A stretch of DNA of 64,000 bases from Fistulifera solaris (GCA_030295235.1 AP026151.1:682001-746000), one strand, 5' to 3'; counted from the first letter of the stretch, positions 42,336 to 56,033 are shown. Notes: generated by a model not told the origin, from the letters alone. Numbers and translations are program-made.

Positions 42336-45300
42336 TCACCGCTTCGCATTCCTTTGGCGTCTCATACGAGCCTTAGCTCTCATGGCTGCCATGTGACTGC
42401 TCGAATTGGAATGTTGCGAAAGACTGGGCTCAATCGCTGGAGGGGATTCGGGAGGTAACGTATCATTGGGGTACGGCGAACCTTCTGTTTCGTACGAGTT
42501 TGCTGGGGAGTCCTGTTGCTGGTACGAATACGATTCATGGTGCGAAGGTTGGTGGCTGTACATTACATGTTGCTGACGCCTGGCCTCTTCTCTCGAATCG
42601 GTATACTGAGGCTCCATGTATCCAGCGCTCCGTCCGTAATGCTGCGGCCGTTGCGGCGAAATCTCCACAGTTCGCGCAGAGGAATACGCCATTGCTTGAC
42701 TCACCGACGGTTGATGATCTGAGGCCCGGACCATTGAACTAGGATTTCGTGGTGGCGACGATTTCATCGGCGTGTTCCTTTGTTTTCCCGTCTGTGCCTG
42801 TTTTTGATTATAGGAAGGAGGCTTTCCTTCCTGCGGGGCGCCAGCTCTATTCGCTTGTCGCTTACGCTCTTCTCGCTGTTTCTTCTTTTCTTCGGAGAAA
42901 ACATGCTCTTTTGCTTGTTCAAAGTCGCGGCAGAATTTCACAAATGTACTGAAAATCTCGTGGGGTTGTTTATTTTTGTTTTCTTCGCCAAAGTACTCGA
43001 GAAGACTGGAAAACTTGAACTTCGTTTCTTCGATCTTGTCGCGAAGGGCAGATATGTACTTGATGGCACTCAATGTAAACATGCCAACCTGAGTCGACTT
43101 CAATGCCTCGACTTCTTCCTCCAAAGAAAACTCTTCTTCAGCATCACTGAGACTTTCGTCGTCATCTTTGGTATTTTTCTTCTTTAGGCCGTAAGCGTGT
43201 GTATGGCGAGCTTGGTACAAAGCCATACGGCGGACATTCTCCAGCTGATTTTCGACCTCTTCTAGATCGCCAATGCACTGCTCCCACGACACTTTGTCTG
43301 CTTTGAACACTGTTGGGATATCATCCTCGAAACGAAGCAAAAGTTCATTGTTGCGATTGACGATTCGGATCACATATTCCAGAAAGGTTGTCTTCTTATC
43401 GAACGCCTTGGCTTGCTTCAGCTTTAAAAGCGAATCAATCGTAAATGCTCCTGCTTTTTGGTAGCTACCACTTCCGGCTGTGTTCAAGCGATTACCAAAC
43501 TCAAGAATGATTCCCAGTAATTGACGAAGTCGGACTGAATTGGTGAGCTCGTCGCAAGCTGCTTCGACCAAAAAGGCTTCTTTTTGAATATCTCTGACAA
43601 ATGTCTCGAACTGAAGTTTGAAGAGTAAAGCTCTCACTTTTCTTTTCGCGTGTTTGACTGTCATCATCGAAACCATGAACTTTTCACATTCACAAAGCCC
43701 GTCGAACTTCTCGGCAGCGTCTTGCCCTCCTTCAAGCATGTACGTCTCTAAAGCTTTGCGTTCGTTCTTTGTTGGCAAATACTCTATCATGTTCTCGATT
43801 TGTTCAGCATTCATAGCATACTCGTCAATTCTGTCCACTGCGTCGGCCATCTCGTCGTGAGACATTTTGAGTCGCGCAAGAACTATACCCCCGTTGTTGG
43901 CACGCTTGGGGTCGATAACACGAACAGTTGCACTTCGCTTTACATTCTCCTGCTTTGTTGTCTTCGCGGCAGTCTCCGCTGTCTTCTCAACTTGAAAGAG
44001 TTCTTGAAACTCCTTCTCGTCAATATCGATTTGAATATTATCCTCCTGATCAATCTTCGCCCACAAAGAGTTTCGAGTCACCTTGCGTAATGGATTCCAA
44101 TGCAATCGAGCCCTTCTGTGCGAATCTTGCTCTTTTTCTACATCTTTCGCAGGCTTTTGAACCGCGTTTACTGGTAAATCGTGATCTTGATCCATGACGG
44201 ACGGATCCAAACCATCTCGCGCCATGGCGTGCTTCACAGCTTCCATGGGAAGCCCGATACTTAACATTCTGAAGTACTTGCTGTACGTTGGGTCGAGTTT
44301 GAGGGGGAATACCAGCAGGCTTGTTGTGATCGCCGTCCATTACAGAGGGATCCAAGCCTTCTCGAGTCATCGCATGCTTGACAACCTCCATTGGCATTCC
44401 AAGCTTTAGCATTTTAAAGAATCGGGTGTACTGAGGATCGTCTTTCAAAGCAGGAAGACCATTAAGAGTGGGCGGCTGTACGGGGTTTTGGGCTTCATCA
44501 AGAACTTCTTCTGGCATTGCACCACGCGGTGACGCAACGGACTCTTTTCCTGCCAAGAAAGCGTTAAGCATCATCATAGTAGCTTTCGGCGTATGGGCCT
44601 TGTTGTTTCGACTTGGATCCTCTCCATTTTCGGCCCTTCCATTGGTTTGGCAACTAGGTCGCGTTGGGGACGCCTCCGAATTGCTTGACAAGCCCCTTTG
44701 CTGCAACTGTTGCAGCATGAGCATATGCGACAGGGCAGCATTCGGCTCTTCCTTAGATCTCTTAATACTACTTTCGGTCTCGATCACTAGATTGGTTTTC
44801 CGTGACGGTGAGGACTCTGTATCAATCTGGAGCTTATTTCGAGCCGGTGATGAACTTGGAGTAACTTGAATCTCGGATGAGTGGTTTGAGGTACCGCTAG
44901 TGCCAAAGCCCTGGCCGTCGCTTTCCATAGCTCGCGAAGGTAAAAAACCACTTGGTTTAGATTGCCCATCAGCTCCACGCGATAGCGGATTACTTTCGTT
45001 TTGCGGTTGATGCATCAACCGGGCGGGAGAATGTTCGGTTAATTGAAATTGATGCTTCACGTCGTCAGTCCTTTTCGATGAATTGTCATTTTTGCGACCA
45101 TTGTTCATTGTCGGTTTCAGCACGTCTCGGTAATTGGGCACAGAAGTAGTGCTTTTATCTTGATCATCAATCTTCAAACGTTTTCGGTTCGCGGCTATCC
45201 TTTTCTTGATGAGTGCTGCAACATCCATCTCTTTCGACTGACTATCCTCCTTGCGAGCGTCGTCTTGTTGTTGCTTCCGAAGTTCCAGCTCGCGCCTTTC

Positions 45301-47569
45301 TTTGTAACTCATCTTTTCACTGTTTTCTCGTGAGTTGGATGCTTCCTCCGCCATTTTTGCCGCTTGATGCTTTGCTTGCTCGATTTCTATTTTCCGACGT
45401 TCGGCATAAGTCATCTTTCGTTCTTCCTGGTGTTGGACGTGGTCTGTTGCTTCTGCATGTTCATCAAGTCTTCCATGGACGACTTCGCTAGGATTATCGT
45501 CCGGTGTAGTGTCACTTAACGCCATTTTCAACTGAACGCCAAGAAAGGCTGGTGGACTCGCACCGACCTCAGATATGGAATTGGACGTAGAAGGACTGCT
45601 TATCCTAGACAGTACAGACTGCAGATGTGAACGCGTGGCTGATACCCCGCCTTCGGATCTCGTAGTTCCTTGACCGTTTCTCTCCGTGTGCTGAGCAATA
45701 TTCGACGGTTTCTCTCTGGAGGAGTAGATCCGCTCCCGCTCTATCATCCACGACGGCTTTGAGCTTGTCTCTTCTATAGAGTTGTCCTGTGAAATTTTTT
45801 TCGGAACGATCGTAGCGCGTTGGTTCAACGGAATTTTGATGATTGTCATAATGCTGGCGATTGGGGGAGACGTGGTTACTCTGTGTGGAGGGCGGCCATG
45901 TTTTCTTTGGAGGCGATGGGGACCGTCTCAAATTTGCGTACGGACGATTGTTGGCACTCATGTGCATTCGGCTGGTTGAGTTTGAACGATCTGATTGACT
46001 TTCTTGCCACCGCACTCCGTCTGTGTGCTCTGCGTTCGAAGTCTGAGCCTGCCGTATCTGCTCATCATCCTTCTTTTCTTCCAAAGTTGTTGCGGAAGTA
46101 CTCTCGGTAAGATTATCTGGAATAGCGTCCTTTTCCTGACGTCAAACTTGTTCATTGCTGTCAAATGGGGCGCCACCCCAACGTCCGAGAGTGGATTTTC
46201 CGAATGCTCCGAGGCCTCTGACGCACGTTCATCGCTGTCGTAAAATTCCACATCTGGGTTACTCCGTGGAGACGATACTGTTTTCGTGCCCCTTGTATCC
46301 TCCACCGCATGCATCGAAAACGTCGTCCGTTTCGTCGACTGATTAATGTATTGCGGTGATTTGTTCGCTCGTTGCGCTGTAAATTGACGCTGCAATCTTC
46401 CTCGGAATCCTTCGCCTTCACCATCCGGACGTGGATGACTCGGAGATCGATGAAAGCCGGCTTTTTCTTTGAACAAATTGACGGAAGGCTGTTCAACTAA
46501 ATCATCGGTCAAACTTGACCGCTCGGTACTGGTTGGAGAATGTCGGACATGTATGGGATGGCTGTGATAGTTGTTCACGCGGATCTCCGCAAACCCGTCC
46601 TCGGATGGATTCGGAGTCGAGCTACGACTCGGTACAGGAGAATCCCAGCCGTTGTCAAAAAGGAATGTTCGGAAATGGCCAGATCATTTATGGCGTCACT
46701 GACTTCTTGATTGATTTGTTCCGCATCGAGACCAAAAGCATCAAAGGTAAAACCACCATTCGTTTGCTTGTTGTCAAACACATCGGAACTTTCGGACGAA
46801 TTCACGGAGCGGTTGGCCGATGTATACGAATGTCGATGTTGGACGGAATAATTCGAGACACGGTCTGTTGGTTTTCTCGCGTGGCGCAGGGGACTATTTT
46901 CCTCCATGGAGTCTTCCTTTGACCGCATTTGCGTCCTCATGCGTCGACGAGCCGCCGCACCCCCCGACTCGACCCGTTCCGGTGTCGATTGAGCATTATA
47001 ATGCGCAAATTTCGCTTGCATCGAGGAATTGGCCGGCAGTGTCGTAAAGGATGGTGATGATTCATTTGACGGCCAGTGGGTACCGAACGCATCCAATTCC
47101 ACTTCTTCTTCTCGAATCAAAGGCGTGTTTTGACGAGCGGTCGTATTCTTTGCGGAGTTCTCTTGGTAGACGGAAATGGATCGACTGACGCATTCCCAAA
47201 ACCATCATCACCAAAGAAACTACTACTCGACGCAGAATGAAACGAATCGTCACAATGAAAGGGATCGGGCGTGTCCGCGAAAAAATCCCGTCGACTCGTC
47301 GCTGTAGTCGATCGTTCTGGCTGATTGAAATTCGCAAAAGCGGAACCGAAATCCGCAAACGTCGATGTCGATTGAATGGACATGGGGCTGGAAACATCGT
47401 TGATTTTCATCGCAATCCGTTTGGCGTGCTCACGGCTGCGCGCCGGATTTTGTTGTTCCGAAGATCCGTATCTCAAAAACGCCATGTCCCGCCTTCGTCG
47501 CATGCGATCTGCCGCTTGCGAGGAAAGTGATTTGCCGCGGTTGGATTGTGATTTATTGTCCGCGAACAT
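42336..47569 (-). CDS. Formin (FH2) with two DUF2360/CCDC53-C-like repeats and a long disordered N-terminus, frameshift-split
   Basis: FH2: RLHWNPL..NSLWAK..VIDPKRANNGGIVLARL..LLGIILEFGNRLN..AGAFTIDSLLKL..KAFDKKTTFLEY..YFGEE..FCRDF. Upstream ORFs 44050-45849, 45605-46084, 45958-46578, 46575-47120 and 47117-47569 abut through indels. That the most 5' part belongs to the same gene is inferred. Confidence 0.85.
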
Positions 47570-48300
47570 TGTTTAGTTTTTATTAACAAAATGGACGTGC
47601 GCGGGCTTGTAACAAATTCTGTCAATTCAAGGACTACACGAAGGAAGCTCCGCAATAGCCGCAATTTCCTTGAGTGACTGTGCGGGTCGTTGGTTGTTGA
47701 CTGAAAAGGAAAGCTTGCTTTCGTTGCAATAGAAAAATTACCAACGCTCTTCGAGTCTTATTACGTAGCATTCGAATTGCGCGCCATGGCCATGATGAAA
47801 GAGAAAACGCCAGCTTTCTTGGTCCAGTGATCGTCACTTTGTACTATTAGGGCAAAGTCCGAACGAGTGGCTGGCGTGAATATGGTCAATGGTGTAGGCT
47901 ATTATCCATCAACGGAAATTTCTGTATCGTACTTAGGCCAATCATCCTAAGTAAGAATATGCGCGCGCCGGTCAGGTCGATCGCTGGTTCTTCGTTCGGT
48001 TTTGGCTATCCGACTTTGACTGTGCAACACAAAGTACCTTCTAGTTTGCGACGAAGGTCCAGGTTAACTGACGACAAACGTACGACGCTAATGTTTTCGG
48101 TTTTTGTCATTCTCATTCACCAACCTTCTTGTCTACTTAGCTAACGCTATTGCAGCTAGAACAATCTACTATAAAGGAAGTCGACTTTAAAGCAAAGAAG
48201 AAAAGCGTTTCAGTAAAGTTTTTGATGAAAAGAATGCACAGCCAGCTGGCTCAATTGCACCGCATTATTGGCTGATCGCATTTCAATCGACTGCTCTACT

Positions 48301-49423
48301 TTATATACTTTGATAATAATAATCCGGCAGGTCACTATCCCCGGGACGTGTATTCCACGCCGCTTCGCTACTCGGTGGAGTTCGACGATGCACCGCCGCC
48401 GCTTGGAGTTCCTCGACTCGCATTTGCACATGACTCGGCACTGAAACAGGTAAACTCGTCCGGGCCTGGGCCATTTCTCCTTCCGCCAGTAACAATCGAA
48501 ACGGCGGGACGGCCGGATTGATGGACTGAAAATCCCGATACGTCAAACAGTCATACGCACACGCCGCGGCGCCGTGTTCCGCCGACACCTTCTTCTTGTA
48601 CCAAATGAGACCTTCTTTCTCTAAAAAAATCCAAATTGGCACCAAAGGGACGCGTGAGAAACAAGTCACCCGTCAAAGGGCAAACAAAGCACGACGTCCA
48701 TTGCAGCGCATGCGGCGGGCCACCATCGTGCGACGTGACAAAGTCCGTCGCCGCAATCGTCCGTCGGCGGGGTTCTTTGCCGTACAAGGCATGCAGTGCG
48801 GCCTTGGGTACTTCGACGGTTTTCTGCGGCGGCAGCGGACGTGTTGGTAGAAGAAAGACGGGTGGTTGTTGTGGTGGTGGAGGCGGCATCACGCGAGACG
48901 CTCCATCGTACGCGGATTGAAACCCTGTGGAAACGGTAGTAGCACAACTTTCGGGTACGGAATGAACAGGAGGAGTACATTGGGATGATAAAGATGAAAG
49001 AAAAGTTTCAAAGGCTTGTGAAGAAGACTGCCCTGTAACTATTGGACGAGCCACCGGAGTCCCCCAAGAGGCCGGTGGGCAAACGGGGACTGTTTGTACC
49101 GGCGGCGGTGGAGGCATGGATGCTGATTGTTGCTGTTGTGTCTCTTGTATTGTTTCAACGTAAGAATCAGGATTCTCCCACAAGGTAAATCCTGGCGGAG
49201 GAGCCGGAACGGACGTTGCATGCGAGGACGGTATTCTTGTTTCCTCCGGGATATCTTCGGCCGCCGTCGATAAACGCGTTGCTGGTGGTTCCGCTTGTGA
49301 CGACTGCGAGGGCGACTGCGAAGAGGAAGTAGATTGTGATTGCGTTTTCGCCGAAAAATCAATTTTCCATCCTTTACTACTCCCCAACATGTCTTTTGAT
49401 TTCTTGTTTCCCCCAAAACTCAT
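48301..49423 (-). CDS. Pro/Ser-rich protein with a divergent dsRBD-like C-terminal domain
   Basis: PKAALHALYG...GGPPHALQWTSCFVCPLTG...WYKKKVSAEHGAAACAYDCL matches the dsRBM pattern (PK..L, GP.H...F, KK.AE..AA). Frameshift in an A-run near 48625. Confidence 0.65.
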
Positions 49424-49968
49424 GTTGCAGAGGGAAATTCGGTTTTAGCAGGTACGTACGGCGACGAGAGACCGCGGCAGCGCGTTGAACAATCCGCACC
49501 GTAGCTTTTAGTAAATGAAGCACTAAAGACCCTTCCGATGATTTATAAAAACAATTTGAAAAAGACTTTGATCCGAACAGAGCTGCTGGCATCTCTTTTT
49601 TTTTTTTGTGTGAATGCAAAATGCGGCGCGGCGCGGGTCGCGGATCGCAAGGATCCGTTCAGTCCCGTCTGTACAAAATACGGGCGCCATATGGGCGAAC
49701 CCAAAGTGTGACAAGTAGTACTTCGCGCTACACACTTGAGCTATCGCACTGCGACAGGTGATAAGACATGCGCGTTATTATTTCGCAACTACGACATCTC
49801 GTTCATTTCATTGATTGCGTTAACTTTGACACAAAAAGCCCTGTCTTTCCCATTCTCTCTGCGTCAACTTACAATTAACAAGCCTTTCTAACAATAAAAC
49901 ATGATTTAGAGATTCGTAAAACAGCTATCGCTCGAAAGGAACAGCTTTGGAAACTCATAGATCCAAAA

Positions 49969-52554
49969 ATGACAGAAGAACGATCATCCTCGCCCCCGAC
50001 TTGGATGTCACCTCCATTTTGGCGATCCGTCAATAAGCCAGCCGCAACTGCAAAACCTCCCGCGAAAGCAGAACATCGCCGCCGCCGCAGTTTACCGCTT
50101 CGCCGGGCCGACTTTGCGGCAATCTTCCAAAATCCGTACAGTTCCGTCCGGGGACTCAACTATCAACAACCTTCGTCGTTGACGGCGGTCCGCAATCTAC
50201 TCTCCGTTGTAGCACCCGACGACGAGGAAAATGCCATGGTGGGAGATGACGAATCAACATCATCTTCGGAAAACGACGACCCCGCGCACGATCTCTATTT
50301 TCTCGAAGACGTGACCGAAAGTGCTCCCCTCCTGGAAAGCAGTCGACCCGAAGAACGAGTCACCACCGCAAAGGATCGATGACTCCCACTGCCACGGCTT
50401 CGCAACTGGCCGAAGGGACACTCCGGGCGTTGCGCGATTTGGCGTTGGATGAAGCCGTAGCACTCAATGCGGCGTTGCATTACTGGACGCGGCGGTGGGA
50501 ACGGCCTTTTTGGGATGGCTGGAAGCGGGACCCTTGGGTGAGTTTGTTTTGTGTGAATGAAGCATCAGGACTGAAAAGCATCTGGCTCACTGGATATGCC
50601 CATTTTTTCTTCTAGTTTGGTTTTCCAGACAAGGCTACCGACACGAGCTTCTGGGCGAGAAAGTCTCGCATCTCCAAGCCGTACTCGTTCGTCGATGTTC
50701 CGCGATTGGTGAGTTGCAGCAGCACTTGCTTCGTTCTGGTTTGCAAGAGGGGGTGGCACAGTGGGGATTTTTGGGACTGGGTGGTCAATGGGCGGCGGTG
50801 GCCGGTGCCCACAGGGACGGACAAACCGAAATCAAAGACTATCCGCGATACGGAAGTGCGGCCATGGTTTCGGACGAAAATAAAATTTGTCTCCGCACTG
50901 GCGTGCATCGTACTGTGAGAAAACTCCACAGTCGTCGATTCCTGCGACGCAATTTAGCTTTGGTGATGCAAGTGACAATCTACCGTATAGGACGAACCTG
51001 TCTGTTCAAAAGAATCCGGGAGGTGGCATAGTCGTCGACAATCCGGGTCGTCTCGCTGCTTGGTCCGTCGATGCAATTTATCTGATACGACGGTATCTCT
51101 ATAGATGCGGCTTTGGCATGGTGGCACTCCCCTACGAAGCTAATTGGACACGTGGAAAGAATGGACTGCCGATCTGGGCTTCCGACTTGTCAGATAATGA
51201 ACCCGACGCGACGTTCCGGAGATCGGACAGCGAAATTTTGTCAGAAGGGAGAGAAAGTACTCTAACAATAGTAAATGTTCCCGCATTATTATCGGAAGTT
51301 GAGGGCATCACCGACATAATGGAAGGTGTTATGCAGATACAGCGAAAGCGAAGACTCGAAGTGCTGAAACCTCCTGGATGGTTTAGTCGAAACTGGTACC
51401 TAGTTGCAACCTCTGTGCCGCTGTTTGGTTCTATGGCGATATGGCTCGTTCGGAATGACCGTGGGCGCACTTTGTTTCGGTCACTGAAACACAGCATGTC
51501 GTCCTTTTTCAAAGAGAGACTGAAGGATCCAATTGTAGCGATGTAAGTCACTTCGCTATGCTATTGCGATACACTTGAGCGTCTCTCACTTTCATGTCTT
51601 TCTCTACAAAATGCGAAGTTTCAGTGAAGTCTGGAAAGGGCGTGACAGCTTCAGCGACGCAAAGGCTCGAACGGAAACGATTGAAGTTTTGAAAAAATGA
51701 TTCGAAGCTGGCTTGACGACTACTATCCAGAAATGTCGAAGAAGCAGCGACAGCGTATGGCGGATGCAATGGATGTTTCGTTAATCGAAAACAAGAAAGA
51801 AGAGAGTATGAAAACTTTTTACGAGATCAACAACGTAATTCGAATGAGTTTCATTGAAATGCAATACATGAAAAAGGTTGGTAGTGTCCACAGCTGTGCG
51901 GCATCGGTCTTATTTGCGACTAAGCATTATTTCTATCCTTAGGAGATGATGAATGCGTTACAAGCTATGGACGAAATGATGAGTGCTAACGATATCAATA
52001 TCAACATCGCAGCAATCACTCCCGCGGCCATCTTAGCTTATGGAGGCTCTCGTATATTCAAGTACCTGCTTTACGCTGTTTTAAAGCTCGGACGAAGTCG
52101 AGAGGAAATTTTCGGGTCCTTTCGAAAAATTTTGACCGATATCGAGCGGCTTTTGGTGATGAGAGACAACCAGCCCACAACGTATAGCGGAACCGTGAAA
52201 CCGGGGCAAACTCAGCTAGGACCGGACGATCTTGGGATGCTTATGCTACTCATTCACGAATGCCGCACGTTAATGTGGCAGAATCCTAGACGCTTTTCGT
52301 TGTACATGGTGAGCGTATCTGAAGATCTTGCGGAACTGGCTGGAGAACGAGGTAAGAAGATTTTTTTTCGATGATGGCTAAATTTTGACCGAGCTCATCA
52401 GGCACACTAACGCTGTTCGCGGTTTTGCTTCACAGGGCCAGTGAGTGTTCATCAGCAACTGCTCATCATCAATCGTATGTGTCGCACATACCCATTCCTT
52501 AAAGTTCTCAGCACAGGCTACGCATTTCAGCTAGGTGGTACAAGTTCTTCTTAA
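49969..52554 (+). CDS. NCA2/DGS1-like mitochondrial protein
   Basis: KPPGWFSRNWYLV..FFKERLKDPIVA..MSFIEMQYMKK|EMMNALQAMDEMMSANDININIAAITPA..LGMLML. Introns at about 50538-50615, 51543-?, 51878-51942 and 52352-52435, plus frameshifts. Confidence 0.7.
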
Positions 52555-52772
52555 TAACACTGCTGCCGAAGGAAGCATTGGCAACAGACAAACCTCGCAG
52601 TCATCTTTCAAGCCGGTGAGGTTGTAGAACAACTTATTGTAAGAGACGTTTTTTGCAATAAGGTAGATTCAACTGATTCAATAAGCGAAACCGGCGATTT
52701 AATAACATATCGGTTTCCTCCTGTAGTATAATACGGACACAATGTATGCCTTGATTTGAGAGCACGATTGAA

Positions 52773-53779
52773 CTAACGCCGATCGCGACGCCGATCCGGC
52801 CCCTGCGAGCGGTCAAAGTAGGGAGGACCTCCGTGCGGGGGTGGGCCGTAGGGATCGTGAGAATCTCTAACATTGTATGGCCGATCATAGCCATTGCTAT
52901 AAGGATCACTTCGGAGATCCAAGCGTTCAATACGATCTTCTAGTGGTTTGAATCGTCCATTACCGACCGCCGGATCTTCCACTCCCCACCATCGCAACGA
53001 ATGCTCTTTCATTCCACTGGGAAGCTCCTCGGGGAAGATGGGAGGACGAGGTTGCAAAACAATCTCACCCTTTTCATTCAAGTCAAAAAGTCGAGACTGC
53101 CGACGTCATCGGACCGCAGAAAACTTCCCGAAAGATCAATTCGATGGGTGGTCGAAGGTATGAAGGCAAAGTGAATATCTTGAGAGTAGTACTCACATAA
53201 CGACCCCAAATTTTGCAATATGTGTTTTTGCGCCTCCTTGCTTCCCACAATTGAGTGATGAGTGGTATGTTGTTGGCTTGTTGACGGGGGAACCGTGTGT
53301 TGAATTGCCTCTGGAGGACCTTCTTGTTTCCCTGAATTCGACAGAGTCTTGTTTCCCATGTCGCGCAAATCGCCCAGCTCGCGCCGCCCATCCGCCGATG
53401 GATCATGACTACGCTGTGAAGATGTCGTGGTAGTATTTGTAGTATTGCTAGGCGGATGGGGCGGCGATGATAAATCTGACTTTAAGTGTTTTCTATTCCG
53501 TATATTCTGGGTTATGATGTTGCTAGACGAGTGTTTCGCCGTTCCAAGGGATTCATTGTCCGAGAAATTAGGGCTAAAGTCTTTATCTTCCTCACTGTTG
53601 TAAAAGTCATCATAGACCTTTGTATCATTCGGCCGTTTCCGTTTGTTTGCTTCATTCCCTCCTCCACCTCGGATCGACTTTATTGGTATTGTTGATTCAG
53701 GTGTAACACCTGAACTCTTGTGTCGTGTCGAGTACAATCCATCGTCTAGTGTTATTGATTGACAATTATCGTTCGACAT
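52773..53779 (-). CDS. Hypothetical protein (low complexity, with core LNEKGEIVLQPRPPIFPEELP..HSLRWWGV)
   Basis: Abutting ORFs 53078-53779, 53083-53406 and 52773-53081 are consistent with one frameshifted gene. Confidence 0.55.
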
Positions 53780-54764
53780 GATATTATTATCTTTTGACCC
53801 AACACCGCAACTCAGACAATCACTTCTTGCTGAAAAGAGATAGCGCGCCTTTCAAGTGAGCTCACCGTCAAATGTTTCAGGTATCCAAGAAATGTCGAAA
53901 TTATTGATCTTATTTGAGTCTCAATAGGATAATGAAAGGCTCTTGATTATTATCATTTGTTTGTTGTTGTGTGTGCGTGTCAACATGCGCCGCATCGCTT
54001 TTTTTTTCTGCGGCAGTTCGTCGAGAGTCGATATGACGGTTGGGTGAACAGACGATGAGGGCTTCAAGACTGAAGTGAGTCACGAGCTAGGTGCTTCCTT
54101 ACACTCCGTATTCTGTTTGTTTAGCAGTAATTGCTCTAATAAAGATATACTGTGAAGCCAAATGCGTTTCACACAAACAGGCCTTTGATTTAGTTAGGGG
54201 GACTGCTGTTCTCACACACTCAGCAAAAATGTTAGTTCGATGTTTTCACGTCCCAGAAAACCTGGGAGTGCTTTTGTTCGAGTCCCCGGAGAATTTTTAT
54301 GCGATGTTTCGCGTACACTACCCAGACAATTAATTGCTGAACGGACGTATTGTAGGCAGCGTTGTCGCTCGAACAAATATGGATTCATGACTGAAGTGCA
54401 GTCGTGGTGAAATAATACGGACAATACCGTTGACAAAGTTGGCTCTTATTCGACGTGCAATGCAAACGCTGGGATGCGTTTCACAGAGACAAGCATTTTT
54501 ATCAGTCGAATGACGAAATTGACTTTCGGAGACTTGGAATAATAGACTAGTAGAATTTTATCGGACTTTTTACTTATTAGGAAGATGATGATGATGAATG
54601 ATGATGCTTCAGAATTATGACTCATGATTGGAGGGCAGTCGTGGTCATAGTACACTTGAAGCCATACTGGTAGCTTAGATTTCAGCCTCGTCTTTTTCTG
54701 CAAAAACGAATGATGCAATTGCCATCGTCATTATTTTTCATTCCCTTTCATTGAATAGGAAGAG

Positions 54765-56033
54765 ATGTTTTCATTATCAAGGACACTGCTGATATTCGTC
54801 ATGGCTTTCCTACATTCGGTGGACTCGTTCCGCACTTCCATAGGATCTCTTTGTCACAAGCAATTCCCTATCACAAGAAGCGATCGCCGCAATGTTCATT
54901 TATCCGGAAGAACGGCCCTCCAGAGCTCTTTTCGTTCTTCTTTTGCCACAAAACCTTTGATACGACCGCCGAATCCACAAAATCTTCTTTCAACGCAGCA
55001 AATACAAGAACATGCGGATCGACTCGCGGAATGGATGCTTTCTCAGCAAAACATAGTGGTGATTACGGGGGCAGGTTTGTCGACCGAATCGGGGATCCCC
55101 GATTATCGTGGGCATACCGGAAGTTATCACGAAGGTCATAAACCCGTTTTGCACGATCAGTTTCTGGCCAGTGATACAAATCGGCGGCGGTATTGGGGTC
55201 GCAGTATGGTACGGGGGTGTGTGTGCTTTTCCTTCGGGCCCTCATGCATTACTACTGACTTGACTCACTGAATCATGTATTCTACAGTTCGGATGGGACA
55301 AATTCATAAATCGACAACCCAATCAAGGTCACACAGCATTAGCGTTGCTGGAACAGCACGGAAAAGTCGGTGTCACAATCCCAGATAAGCTCGAGTATCA
55401 CGAAACCGAAGAGAATTTTTATTTTGGCAATTCTTTGCAATCCTTGGCCATTATTACACAAAATGTCGATCGATTGCATCACAAAGCGGGATCGCGTGAT
55501 GTCATAGAACTCCACGGACGATCGGATCGCGTCGTTTGCATGCACTGTGGAGCCTATCATGACCGCAACGAGTACCAACAAAAGTTGTATCAACAAAATC
55601 GGGAATGGTACGAACAACAAGAACTACAACAACATTCTCTGCGTCCCGACGGAGATGCCGAACTGCGTACGTCCGATTATCATTCCGTCGTGGTTCCACC
55701 GTGTCCGACGTGTACAACGGGCTTTGTGAAACCGGATGTCGTCTTTTTCGGCGATGCGGTACCGAAACAACGGGTGGAATTGTGTCGGGACGCGGTCGCG
55801 GCGGCCGATGCTGTTTTGGTGGTCGGAACCTCCCTCGCGGTGTATTCGGCCCACCGTCACGTGACGGCCGCTCATCAGGCGGGAAAAGGGGTTGCCGTAT
55901 TGAATGTGGGTCCGACGCGCGCGGATGGCTTGGAGGGGTTATGTCGATTGCGGCGCCGGCGGGTCCGACGCTCGCGGCCGTGGCGGAACAGCTGGTGCCT
56001 CCGGCCATGACTCTAGCTACAACGACACGGTAG
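54765..56033 (+). CDS. SIRT4: NAD-dependent sirtuin, class II (SIRT4-like)
   Basis: VITGAGLSTESGIPDYRG, RRRYWGRSM|GW, ITQNVDRLHHKAG, ELHG, RPDGDAEL and KPDVVFFGDAVP. Intron 55209-55288; a G-run frameshift near 55935 gives the C-terminus ending at 56033. Confidence 0.9.
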
